From NCBI RefSeq assembly GCF_964204645.1, contig NC_134034.1, positions 9,374,962 through 9,438,961 of the forward strand: a stretch of DNA of 64,000 nt, read 5' to 3'. The notes under the pieces were generated by a model. The model was not told the origin of the DNA. It saw only the letters and a program-made list of their open reading frames with translations, and ran no database searches. This document shows, piece after piece, positions 1 through 12,323 of this stretch; the first letter of the stretch is position 1, and each line of letters opens with the position of its first letter. Position numbers and translations under genes: made by a program. The DNA is from Tubulanus polymorphus (Eukaryota; Animalia; Nemertea).

Positions 1-85
1 CAGACCCCTGCTTGTTTCCTGTAATTGGCGCAATGCTGGACTCGCGAATGGTTGCCGTATATACATTATATTCTTTTTATTACAG

Positions 86-1363
86 ATTTTTATTTTGATA
101 GTCGCTGTAGTCATTGCCACCGTGGCAGCAAAGGGCGACATCGAAGGTAAGCGAGGTTTTCCGAAATATCGCATCCCTTCGTGCAGTCGTCAATGTGCTG
201 CCTATACTGTAACCCCCCTCCCCCAACTCAGGGCCGTATGCAGCCCTTTTTATGGGAAGGTGCGAATTTGTAGCAAAGTGGAACTAAATTCACAGCATCC
301 CGTGAACGCCGCGAAACCATTGAGGGGGTGTGGGGGTCCTCCCCCAGAAAATCTGTTTTTCTTAGGTACTCTGAGGGCTTACTGGCTATCCTTCTTTTCC
401 GACATTTTCCATCATGAATACGGCAGAATCTAAATAATGTTATATAATCAAAAGATTTGATTTAATGATCACATCACCTCATAGCAATGTAATCATTGAT
501 GCTTCGAACCCACAGAAAACTTATCTATGCAATTAAAAAACCTAAGATCGACTCATGTAGAAAATTCGCGACTAATGTAACGCTTATTTTTTCAAATCAT
601 TTGCCATTTGAGGAATAACATCCCATGGTGAAACATTGCAAAGAATCATTCTATGCAATAAGTTCCGTGCTATCATGATCTATTGACTGATAGATCCTGG
701 GATAACATGCCTGCTTTTTAAAATTGTTTATTGACAAAACCACAGGATACCAACCACATAAAGTGTAAGACAAATAAACATCACATAACGCATGGAAAAT
801 ATGAAGTAAAATCTTTCGAGGACAGGACATTAAGCGGAACTCGAACTTTTGTGGATAGGTGCGTTCGCACCCACCCCCCCCCCCCCCTAAATACGGCCCT
901 GCAACTCTCAGACGGTCATAGCCCTTTTAGAATGGCGAAGTCGCGGAGCAACAAATGATGAATGCCTGTCGCTGCCGGCTACGAATCTGATCTCTTCCTG
1001 TTTAGAGTTTGCACTCCTGCACACGGAAATGACACAGTTTCTTGTTTGGCTGACAGCGTGACAAACTCAGCTTCATTCTCAATGCTTATTGGCCAATTTC
1101 TAGCTTTCTGACTACGTGTATACAGCTACAGAGCCAACCTACGTCGTGCGGTATAAATCCAACCGCCTAATTTCTCACGTATTATTATTATTCCAGAATT
1201 AGTTCAAGAGAGATATAGAAGAGGAGTCCGGTGTCGATGCGAAACCGATAAAGCGCCACCTGATCACAGTGGTACGTTATTCTACAAGGTTGGCTGCGAC
1301 AGTGGATGGCACAAGTGTATTCATCGGCCAAAACGAATTACCACATGTTGTAAAAGAAATTAA
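86..1363 (+). CDS. Secreted prepro-peptide, sea-anemone Nav-toxin-like (beta-defensin fold); 5'-partial, exons 86..146 and 1197..1363
   Basis: Acceptor ttctttttattacag|86, donor 146|gtaagc (phase 1), acceptor attattccag|1197, TAA 1361-1363, AATAAA 1418-1423. Spliced: ...IFILIVAVVIATVAAKGDIEELVQERYRR/GVRCRCETDKAPPDHSGTLFYKVGCDSGWHKCIHRPKRITTCCKRN*. Hydrophobic signal segment, acidic propart, RxRR convertase site, 6 Cys spaced CxC-x18-C-x6-C-x9-CC. The start Met lies upstream of the window. Confidence 0.85.
229..901. mobile_element. Non-autonomous DNA transposon (MITE) in the toxin-gene intron
   Basis: TIR CAGGGCCGTA...TACGGCCCTG, flanked by direct repeat CAACT (224-228 / 902-906). Confidence 0.7.
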
Positions 1364-4300
1364 TCTTCACGTGGACCAGTGACGGACCTTTCTCATTTTG
1401 ATTAGCTTAGATTGAAAAATAAAAATTATTCCCGTCATAGTAAAATACAAAATGTGTTTAGTTTTTATGCACTTCAAATTTCCACATTTATACGTTTCGA
1501 ATCAAAGAAGGGCCGAAGTTGTTAAAGGACACAAGGATTATGAGTGAAGAGATAAATTAAGAATATCTAATTAAGAGTGATAATTACATAAATCATCTTT
1601 ATATTATAATCTAAAATATCTTATATATTGATCTTTATTTACATTGAAATTATAACAACACTCAGTTTTATAGATACATAATTAAATAGTTATATATAAA
1701 TTATATATTCATGAACAAAAATGTAATCGTGAACATGTACAAAATAAAACCGGAAAGTTTCTGGAGTAGACCTAAGGTTTCTCAATACGAAAGCTACGTT
1801 AGTCTTTATGTCCAAGAGTCCAATCAATATTTTGAATAAAACAATTTAAAAAGATATATGATTAAACTAGTAAGTGAATTTCGTTACTTCGTGTTCCAGC
1901 TAGTGGTGCCATCACTCGGTTAATGCACCCTTTCAAGTTCCGGGTGCCAGGTGTAAAGTAGCACTTCAGGTGCCGTCTTTCAGCTTCCCTTTTTTTATTG
2001 TTTGCTTTTCTTCAGCATTTCTAGTCATAATTCTAACTGAGGTTCACATAAGTGTCGAATCCTTCCTTGTAAATAAAATATCATATCATGCAGAAACTTG
2101 TATTGTTCCTATAAATACGAAAACAAGAAAAATACATCAATAAAATTACTCGTGAAAATACAAAGAAAATCGATTAATTTCTTACCAAATTTGGAATGAA
2201 TTGAGGTCGAGTCATTCGTAGTTTTTGTATACAGTGATAAATGTCGATTTGTTCGCTAGATGGCATTTTGGTGGTCAGTTCAAATGCCGCACAAAATAAC
2301 ATCCGTTCTCGTTGTGCTGTCCCTGTAAAATTTGCATAATCGATAAATATGTGATGGTGTTTTGAATAATTGACTGATGTTACTAAGATACGAACATGCA
2401 ATGTACAACAATAGGACTGGTGACGTGTTCTCTTGTAACTAGATTCACAAACTCGCATACATATTGTACATCAGGAACTGACTCATCCTCAGGCCATCCT
2501 AAAAACTGGATCTGACGAATCTGATGCGATTCCTGTGAAATCAAAGAAATACAATTGATCTGATTAGGTCATAGTAAATAGCAATGTCGAAGGAAATTTA
2601 GAAAAATACAGCCATCTTTCTCTGAAAGGATGCTATCGAGAATATTAAACTCAACATACATTCCGATTTTGGAGGATCAAATTCCGACGAACGATGGTCT
2701 TAAACGGCAATGAAACTTCCTCCAAGTGACAGTAAAAGGACCAAATTTGATACTTTCAGCTGCAGGCCTATGGTTTGCATACGTCTGAAATCAGAAGATG
2801 TATTCTGGAAAAGGATTCCCGCGAACCAGACCTTCATACTTTTAGCAGATATCTATATGAGGGAGTGCTAGACTAAGAATAAGCCTTACCGGATCTTGTG
2901 GACGTTCTTGATGCATCATTACGATAAGTTCACAGTTAAAGTCAAAGATCATTTGCCAGAAATCAATAATTGTCCTTTGTAGTGGACTTTGTGTAGCTAT
3001 AAACACGTTGTCATCTGCGATCGTCTGTTAAAAGGAAAGTATTTCTATCAGATTCTTACAACTCATCAATATCTCAACAGAAGATTATCGAGGCTTAATG
3101 TCCCTCCACCAGATCTGCCCGGATATTCTACGGATGCCTATTAAATCAGAATCAAACTCACGTGCACAAATGAAGCATTAATGAACCCTTTATGTGAGAG
3201 TTGCGGTTGATTCTGTGCCTCGGGAAGGATGTCTTTGTATCGAGACTTGTTAACATTGTTGAGTAGTATGGCCACTGCTAGTGATTCCTCGTCTTGAATC
3301 GAAGTCGATGCCTTCAACACCTGCATTAGAAAACAACTCATTGAGAAGATTGTTTCCTTAAAACCAAACCAAGGTGCACCATTTGCCTCTAGTTTAACTG
3401 GGTGAATGACTACATTGCTGCCATCTTAATTATTGTCAATGACTTTAAAAACCCTTCATTTCTCATCGTGGCCAAACTCAATACGTACTAGAAATTGTTC
3501 CTCTATTTTATCAGACACGTTTTTAGATACAGGACGCGTTGCCTTTCTTTCCTCGTATGATTCTGTGAAACTCGTGGTCGGGTACGCCACCGGTCCCAGT
3601 ACCAGTTCCTCCAGTAGAATCTGGTGCACGAAAATGCACTGTTTCTGCAGTGAATATTGATAAAACAACACGTTGGTTGGAGAAGTTTTGGATTTTGGAC
3701 ATTTTGAAATGAGAGACAGTTACTACACTGAAGTTTACCATATTCTGGATCATTTCTGGTCTTTGTTGACGTAATTTCCTAAACATGTCGAACTCGTTAA
3801 CGAGTCCATTTTTCTTAGCTTTTTCAAGAAGCTGCTCCGTTGCGATATAACAACCTGTCCTTCCAGCACCAGCACTGAGAACACAAAACAAGCCGTAATA
3901 TTCCTTAACGTCTCCTTAACGGTAAAGGACTGGAAGATTTCGAATTAATTTACCTGCAATGAATCAGCACAAGTCCCTGATCCGGGTCGGTAAGACGCTG
4001 TTTGATGAACTGTTGCATGCGAACTATAGATAAAGCCGGGAACGGTACACCATGATCCGGCCATCCTCGATAGTGAAACACTAATAGATTATGTGCTTCT
4101 TTGTGGCCACGCTATAAAATAAATGAAACGTTACTCATCGGGAGAGATTAATCATTTGTAATACTGATGTGATACAAGGTATTAAAATAAAGCCTCGTCA
4201 GCATGTTGTCAAAATCGATATCTGAACCAAGCGTATATAGATAGCAGAAATACCAACACCTTAGGCCACTCAGGGTAAAGCAATGGCATGATCATTACCT

Positions 4301-5291
4301 TTGTAATGGACAAGAAATGTACGACAGCCGGAGGTTCAGTGTGTTTTTCCATTTTCTTTGCAACTTTTACTGTTATATCTCCATATCGACCTTTGGTGTT
4401 CAGTTTTGTTGGCCAATATAAATGACACTTCACCTGCAAGTTAAAAATCAAAAGACAAGTACTTATTTTTCTACATTTTGCCTGTTTACGCATCAGCATC
4501 TTAGAGTATTTTTGCAACCTTCTCATCTTTGCCTCGTCCTTCAGTCAGATCAGTGAGTACAATAATAGCTGGACATTTCTCTTGCCAAATCATCCGCCAA
4601 TGGTCATTGATTGTAGATAGCAATGGAGCTGAAAGAGCAAGTTAGATGAGTGAGCGCACCAGTAACACGAAACAATTGAATCATGAGACTTACCCTGGCA
4701 AGCTATACATATCACATGACCAGTTAATCCCTGAAAATTAAATTCAGAATTTCGGTTTATACACAATAGGACAGGAAAACCTTTGCAAGAGCATAGAAGG
4801 ATTGATTCCTTACCCGAATGTAATTGGCATTGATTTAATCTGATGTTGGATCTTCGCCGATTTGTTCCAGAACAACTCTAGTCGAATCATCTAGAAAAAA
4901 ACCACTCAAAGTCAATGCAAGTCAATAGAGATGTTTCACAAGGCAACTCTTGTATTTACGACAGAACCCATGTCTATATGATGACCAGGTAATACGTACA
5001 GGCCAATATGTTTGGAAACTTATTTTTCTCAAGATTTTCCACTTTCTCAGCGCAGGCACTCATTCCTCGTCTAAATTTGAGAACATTCTAAAGAAAAAAT
5101 AGATCCAAAATATATAAACAGAACCAACGCGCACTCCCAACCTCCCTCCAACCTCCCTACAATTCTACCTGAAATTCTTCATGCATATTCTTCCACTCAT
5201 CAGAAGTCTTCATTAAGGTCTCTCCCAACAGGTCACAAATCATAGTGGCGCCTTTAGAAGCGAAGTGATGATCCTCGCCATCTTGCATCAC

Positions 5292-6075
5292 CTGTAAGTT
5301 GCGAGAATATTTCGTCACTTTCATTAAGATTTTACAGAAGAAGCAATGAATATTTTCTAATAAATCAAGATTTTCGTATCCCCAGATCTCACACCCATAC
5401 ATTGCTATTGGAGCAACACACGTATCAAATAATTTAAATATAAAATCTATGGGCAATTTCAAACGTCTGCCTTTTTGAACGATCGAAAACATAGCTCTCA
5501 TAGCTTTATCGTAAAGATACTTTTTTGCCTTAGCAAAGTTACCATTCCAATTGAATTTTACTCCGAGATAAACATAATCTCATAATCAACTACCTCTAAC
5601 TCTTGATCACCAAACATAAATTTCGAAATCGTTTTTATCCGGGATTTACTTCGCGCAAATACTAGTACTTTAGTTCTCTCTGAGTTAACAGTGATACCAT
5701 TAGTCGCGCAATATTCAAATAAGGTATCTAAGTGTAGCTGAAGAGATTTCTCATCCTCAGCAAGAATAACTGTATCATCTGCGTATAGTATTATGAATAA
5801 ATTCAGTAAAGTATCAATATCCTGATCACGATTCAAATTTAGTTTTTCTATAAATGACAAAGTCGGTTTTCCACGATCAATGAAAAATTCTTCAATGTCG
5901 TTTAAGAATAACGAAAAGAGGATAGGTGAGAGATTTTCGCCTTGTCTTAAGCCTCTATCAGCTGCAAAGTATTGTGACGTGCAACCATTTAATTTAACAC
6001 ATGATTTTATGGAGTTATACATATTTTTGACCACATTGAAATTGTTTCCATTAACACTGTTAGCAATTAGCAGGT
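5292..6075 (-). mobile_element. Non-LTR retrotransposon (LINE) reverse transcriptase fragment, truncated at both ends and frameshifted
   Basis: GLRQGENLSPILFSLFLND, LYADD, YLGVKF, PIAMYGCEIWG motifs. Frameshift at a short gattatga tandem duplication near 5575-5590. Confidence 0.9.
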
Positions 6076-7864
6076 GGTGCCCTCTACTGGTCAGGACAGG
6101 TTAATTCCTACCCGATAATTTATGACATCACAATTTGGACTGTTTGTCCATGTCAATGTTGTTTTTAATGTATCCCTTGTGAATGAGTAGTCGAGAGAAG
6201 CGGGAGGTCCTGGTACTGAAATAAACACCACAGACCGATTACTTATAAAATACGAATTGACATCTACTTGATGACAACTAACAGCATTTTTATCTGTTTA
6301 ATGGATCTACAGTAAAACAAACAATTCTGTGTTTGAATTGATGATTAAGAGTTTATTAGAATGAAGGATTTTTACCTGCACACAAAGTCTGTATAGTTAG
6401 TATTGGACTAGTCAGACTCGCAGTTGATATAAGTTGACCGTTCACTAATTTCTGTAGTCTAACGGCTATTTTATACCTGGTATTAGGAGTTAAACCATTA
6501 ATTGTGTGATATGTAAGGACTCCTGCAGTTTCCTGATTAGTCCAAGTGTTTTCTGATATCTTACGATAAACGACTTGATACTGAACGCTGACAGTATCAC
6601 GTCCTGAATCTATTACAGAACCCGAGTAAGCTGTCCAACTGACTTTAACACTGTTAACTGTCAGCGCAGATTTTGTTAATTGAGAAAACAACTTCAATTC
6701 TGAAAAAGAAATCGATGTTGATTTCAGGCGAATCAAATAAAATAAAGGGTAAGGATCTTTTACTTTCGGTTTTTTTTTTACTTGGTATCATTTTCGATTC
6801 ATATTGGTTACTATATTCAGGGAATAGGGAGTGAGATTCTTAGGAGTCTATGATTCAGTTTGTAATATATACCTGACTCGCACCACTTTCCGATGTAATT
6901 TTGTGAACAGCCAGATTGACAGATACCACTCAAATAGTTACAACTTTCACTGTTGAAGCATGGATAACATCCAATCATACATCCAAATGTGCTCGATCCC
7001 TTACTACAATCACTGGGTGCTTAACAGAAATTCAAATTTGATACGAAAAATATGAATCGTTCGATCTTTCGGAAATATATTTTCATTACAAGTTACTGAA
7101 TATTTTTATTAATCGATCTAATTTTAACAATAATATAATCCATAAATGAATGGGTGCTTAAAACAAAATTTTGGAAATAAAGGGAGACTTCTTTTCATTT
7201 CAAAATTTTTCGTTCGGGGTTAATTCTATATACAAGTCACTGAATATTTTCGAGAAAAGCAAAATCCATTTCCATACTCTTTAAAGTTTACACATATATA
7301 TAGTCATGTAAAACTTACCGATATATTTGAACCCGATAACTTCTATTTCTACCAGGCCGAGAAACTCTGCCTTACCAATGTTCTTGTGTTGAACAGTGAC
7401 GTATCGTCCAACTATAGGACCCGGGCTGCATGCTAATGTTTTATGTGTACCACACAGAGGGGGACCCTGTTTAGCACATTTCTGGTTAGAAATACTCGGG
7501 CTATTTCCGACTCGAATTTCCAAATTGCGCGCACGTTTTTCTGAGAAAAGAATTAAGAAGCTTCGAAATATGACAGTTAATTCCATGTAAATAGAAAATC
7601 ATGCACGAAATCAGGGAAGCTGAAGATTGCTTTGGGTGCAAAGCGATTCTGTTCAAGTTCTTTTGAAACAGATATATAAAAATAAATTCATTGTTTTCGA
7701 CAGGTGCACGGCCCCTAACACAAATTTATAGTTATCGACTGAAAATGTTGACACGTTGGAAAAGTTGATTCAAATTTTCCAATAACGTATGGCTCAAGTA
7801 TAGTATACGGAAAAATAGAACGAAAGATTTATCACAAGAAAAAAATCAATGCGCCAGAGACCAG

Positions 7865-8740
7865 TGTAGGTTAGTTTTACTTGCCGACATCGCCGACATT
7901 GCTGACATTGGGAAAGAGATTTTCAATGTAGGTTAGTTTAACTTGCCGACATTGCCAACATTGGGAAGAAAATTTAATGTAAGTTAGTTTTACTTGCTGA
8001 CATCGCCGACATTGCCCACATTGGAAAAGATATTCTTAATGTAAAGTTAGTTTTACTTGCCGACATCGCCGACATTGGGATCGATGGACTGGGTGTGTGC
8101 GTGGATTTCCCTTATATACAGTGGCTTAGATCGAGGGGCTGGGTGTGTGGGTAGATTATCCCTAATGTAAAGTGGCTTGGATCGAGGGGCTGGTTGTGTG
8201 CGTGGATTACCCTTATATAAAGTGGCTTGGATCGAGGGCTGGGTGTGTGCGTGAATTACCCTTATATAATGTGGCTGGGATCGAGGGCTGGGTGTGTGCG
8301 TGAATTACCCTTATGTAAAGTGGCTTGGATCGAGGGGCTGGTTGTGTGCGTGGATTACCCTTATATAAAGTGGCTGGGATCGAGGGCTGGTTGTGTGCGT
8401 GGATTACCCTTATATTAAGTGGCTGGGATCGAGGGCTGGGTGTGTGCGTGAATTACCCTTATATAATGTGGCTTGGATCGAGGGGCTGGTTGTGTGCGTG
8501 GATTACCCTTATATAAAGTGGCTGGGATCGAGGGGCTGGTTGTGTGCGTGGATTACCCTTATATAAAGTGGCTGGGATCGAGGGGCTGGGTGTGCGCGTG
8601 GATTACCCTTATATAAAGTGGCTGGGATCCGTCGATCCCAATGTCGGCAATGTCGGCAAGTAGGCCTAAAACTAACCTACAATAGATATCTCTTTCCCAA
8701 TGTCGGCGGTGTCGGCGATGTCGGTAAGTAAAACTAACCG
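7865..8740. repeat. Composite foldback-like element: (ttagttttacttgccgacatcgccgacattgg) repeats, ~44-45 bp minisatellite core (~8081..8628), inverted arm 8631..8740
   Basis: Core unit gggctggttgtgtgcgtggattacccttatataaagtggctgggatcga(g) repeated ~12 times; the right arm is the reverse complement of the left repeats. Confidence 0.8.
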
Positions 8741-11700
8741 ACATCCAATTGACGGCACTTCTCACTGTATGATATCTTAGCATTGCGTCTGAGAAGCCAA
8801 ATCACAACTTCCGTTTCTATATAATCATACAATGAAGGAACTACAATCCCATATACTTTCACCAAGAATCTTAGTGTCTGATGTACCACGTCTGGGTGGG
8901 TTGGTTACACTAGGATCGTAGAGCGACGGAGGAGATCACTGGTGGAGACAACCACTGCCAGTGCTGGGTGAACATATACTATGCTTGATCCTAACGTATT
9001 TTTACAAAGTTGTCATCCATGGATACCACAGACACATTGTTGTCGAACTGTTTGATTTTATTTACGGATGGTTATTGTTGACTTTGAGTTCGATATTTCG
9101 GTAGAGTTTTAAGTTTTAAACTTATCTCGGGTCGAACTTTTCTGAAAAAATCACTCATCTAAACGTGGTTTTTATTCAACCAGGCTTTTCGAGCTGAAGT
9201 TATATATTTTTTTCTATCAGATTTGGCCCAGATGATCAATAATCATTAATAATTTAAACTCACTCCACTGAGGGGCACCGGGTTCATTGCAATCAGTCGC
9301 TTGTGCTCTATCCCAAAGAGTAACTTCATGTACGACGTATTGAGTTCCGAGATTAATTCTAATCCAGGCGTCTTGATCCTTACCAGTGTGACACAGATCA
9401 TAATGAGAAGCTACCGTCCTCCCATCTGTACATTCACTAGCGGGTAAGAGAATACTGAGAATGGATGACATTGTAACTGTTTTACCACGAGCCACGTTTC
9501 CTACAAAACACATTTTGTGAATGATAGATTTGAATTATTTCACGAATTTTCAAAACAAACAAAAACAAATTGATTCAAAGTTATTTCACGATTTCAACTA
9601 AAAACTATCAAACAAAACTAACAATTTTTTCTTTGCGCTATGAAATAATTGGAGTTGATCTCAGTTCGTTGACAGTTCCCGGATGTTTCATAAATCTATG
9701 ATATTTCTACCAAAAGATTTCCTTCCCGCTTACGGATTAGTGACGTTAATCCGTATACGGATTAGTGTTAGTGTTATTCCGTTAATCTGAGATAAATGTA
9801 ATGAAATTTACATCATTAATTCGTATTTCTTTTAGATTTATTTTTGTAAAGGCTTTTACGGAGTTAATCCGTAAATCTGATATAAATCCGAGGTTCAGTG
9901 ATATTTGACCTGACCCCGGTTTACTGGAACAGAAACAGTTGATACAGAAAACTTTTACCGATTTGACAAGCTGGTCGGGTCCATCCTGGTGGTGTCCAGG
10001 GATATGGAGTTTTTATTGTAGACTCGCATGCAGTATTAGGATTTGGACACGTTAAAGTGCCATCTATATTCTGATCCTTTATGGGACATTCGTCCACGGC
10101 TGTATTACTGCAATGACACTCCCAACCTGTACAACTCTTCCCAAAACATTTTGCTGAAATTACAAGAACAAGATTATTTTACCAGAACAATTCTGACAGT
10201 GACTGTTTCTTTCTGTAGTTATTCTCTGAGCTCTCTATCCCCGACAATTGATAGTTTGAATCCAGACAGTGACAGAGTTTCTTTCTGTAGTTCTTCTCTA
10301 GAGCTCTCCACTCCTGAGTAGGCTTTTGATTAACTCACCTGATGTGTTAGTGATGACTAAACACAGAATGAACAACAGCAAAGAACGAAAAATGTTTCTT
10401 TCACGGTACATTTTGTTTTTCTGAATGACACAGTATGATATCGCTCACATATCTATGCGATTAACTTCCTTTTGATTTTCAAATAAATCATTTTAAAGGA
10501 AGTTTAAACTTTCAAATTTTAGATTTGCTAGTTTATTTTGCTCTGAGGGGGAGGTTAGGAAGGAGGCCAGAACAGAACATTAAGGATCAAGGATCACCGT
10601 TACCTGAGTAGGAAAAAATTATTAAAAGAAAAATAATCTTTGAAAAGTAAAAAGAACAAATTATCAAAATATGAAAAAAAAAACATTTTAATTCATAGTG
10701 TTAACGGATTAACTCCACTTAAATCCTTTGCGCGATAGACAGGACACCCCTTTCGTGTACAATGAGACAAACCATTGGTTTTCCCCGTATCAGACAAAAC
10801 AGGCATCAGCTGAATAAGTACATACTACAAAGGACGTGTAAATAAGAAACTATAGATTATTTCTTAACAGGGTATTTGATTATCAATTAAAATCATGAAT
10901 CATTACCCAAATGATCGGGCCCATCTGCGTTAAACCTTCATATACCAGCATCAAATAACTGATCGTGGAGAGACGTGTAAATAAAAGATTATTTCTATAA
11001 ATACTATTTTAAAGCCATGATTCACTTCTTCCTAAACCTCTTCTGCGTTTAAACTATCATTAGAAATGTCTCCTATTGTGGATAAAGCTGGATATAAAGT
11101 CGTATAGCAGCCATCTTTATTTTCGAATCAGATCGTTCTTAACATGTAGAATAGAATAGTCGCATGAATTAACCAAACAGAGGAACCGTTGTCAGATGTT
11201 ATTGTTTTCCGAAACGATAACGAACTACCTGCCCTGAGAGTCGAATTTAGCTTTTGCATTGGCTGTGTTTATTCAACACAAGTGATTAATCATTTTGTTC
11301 ATTTTGTTTAATCGTGAATTAACGAAAATGAATAAAAGGATTATCTTTATAATCTAATTATTATAAAACAACATGGTTGTCGGAGTAGTTTGACGGATCA
11401 CACCTCGGCCAGTACACCCGGCCTGGAGAGGCTGTGGTCACACTACGACAATTAAGCTAGCCCTGCATCAATGTATCGTACAACCTAGTTTCAGCCAAAT
11501 TAAGATTGTAAAATAATTTTTGTAGAATTTTTTCATATAATATTATTCATAATTGTGAGAGGTGTTTATCGATGAACTTTCAAAAGTAGTAGATGAAATT
11601 CTTAATGAATATGTTTTTGATGAAAATTGTCCCTGGAATTAAATTCCATGTCTTTGAATCGGTTAAAGAATCACAATATCCGTGAATATAATAATATTTC

Positions 11701-12323
11701 GGGTGATTGCTACAGTCTAAAATGCATTGTATTCATATACAACCACCAGAAATATTTCTAATTTTTAAATAAACTTTTTAGATTCTTCACACATTGTGGG
11801 ATTTTTTACTCATTTCATGTCTTTACTTGATGAAATGTATTTGAATTTTTCTTAAATTTCTTTCTGTAAAATACCATATAGAGTCTTCGGTTTTCTTATA
11901 TATAAAATAAAGTTGTTGGATGATAGGCATTCCAAATGATAACTTCTGTTCGTTTTGATTTTTCCTGATCATCTTGACTTGCCACCGTTTCAGCTCAATC
12001 TAGTTAAAGGGTTTTCATGTTCTACTGCCTCAAAACCATTCGCCTCTCAGGGCATCCTGTAGTACTCAATCGATCGACTCGGAATCTCCGTTCAGAATAA
12101 TGACGTCATTTGGGGAAAATCGGACATAGGTTTGTTTTGCTTTTAATTTGAATGAACTTATCTACATCTCCTCATGAGTTTTCAATAGCCAATGAATGAA
12201 TCGTTACCGATGTAAATGTTTGATTATCAAAGAGGCAAAAAAGTGAGTGAGAGTCAGATGCAACCCCAACCCGCACGGATAAAAATAAGTTAGAAAATGA
12301 AAGAGAAAGTAAAATTTTATTTT

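Larger units (their letters stand above)
2033..10411 (-). pseudogene. Receptor-type protein tyrosine phosphatase (SP, EGF-like, F-type lectin, EGF-like, FN3, PTP D1+D2), disrupted in its intracellular half
   Basis: Exons include SP 10339..10411 (MYRERNIFRSLLLFILCLVITNTS); Cys-rich 9959..10153; F-type lectin exons ~9263..9499 and ~7319..7540 (H-x26-R spacing; GRYVTV; LVEIEV); EGF ~6873..7019; FN3 ~6377..6699 and ~6112..6215. D1 motifs KNKFPNILAYD, HWRMIWQE, KCHLYWP, WPDHGVP, IHCSAGAGRTG; D2 motifs FINASFV, FIATQSP, DFWQMI, WPED, VHC. Lesions: TAA at 4835-4837 replacing Y of DYINANYI; 125-nt exon 2660..2784 (frameshift near 2724, TGA at 2677-2679); probable frameshifts near 2300 and in the last exon; no TM exon found. 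Confidence 0.85.

Noticed and set aside
33-85. ATGs at 33 and 48 as the toxin start
   Set aside because: Both are out of frame with the exon, and the required intron (29 nt) is too short; the start is probably upstream of the window.
95-433. 112-aa ORF as a single-exon gene
   Set aside because: Only 86..146 is exonic; there is a strong donor at 147 and the rest runs into intron and a MITE.
4500-4535. Apparent frameshift or GC donor in a PTP D1 exon
   Set aside because: AAG|gttgca a few codons further on restores phase 0 (…TEGRGKDEK|VKCHLYWP).
8081-8628. CRISPR-like array (also 21655, 37320, 56103)
   Set aside because: Head-to-tail units without unique spacers, no cas genes, eukaryotic context.
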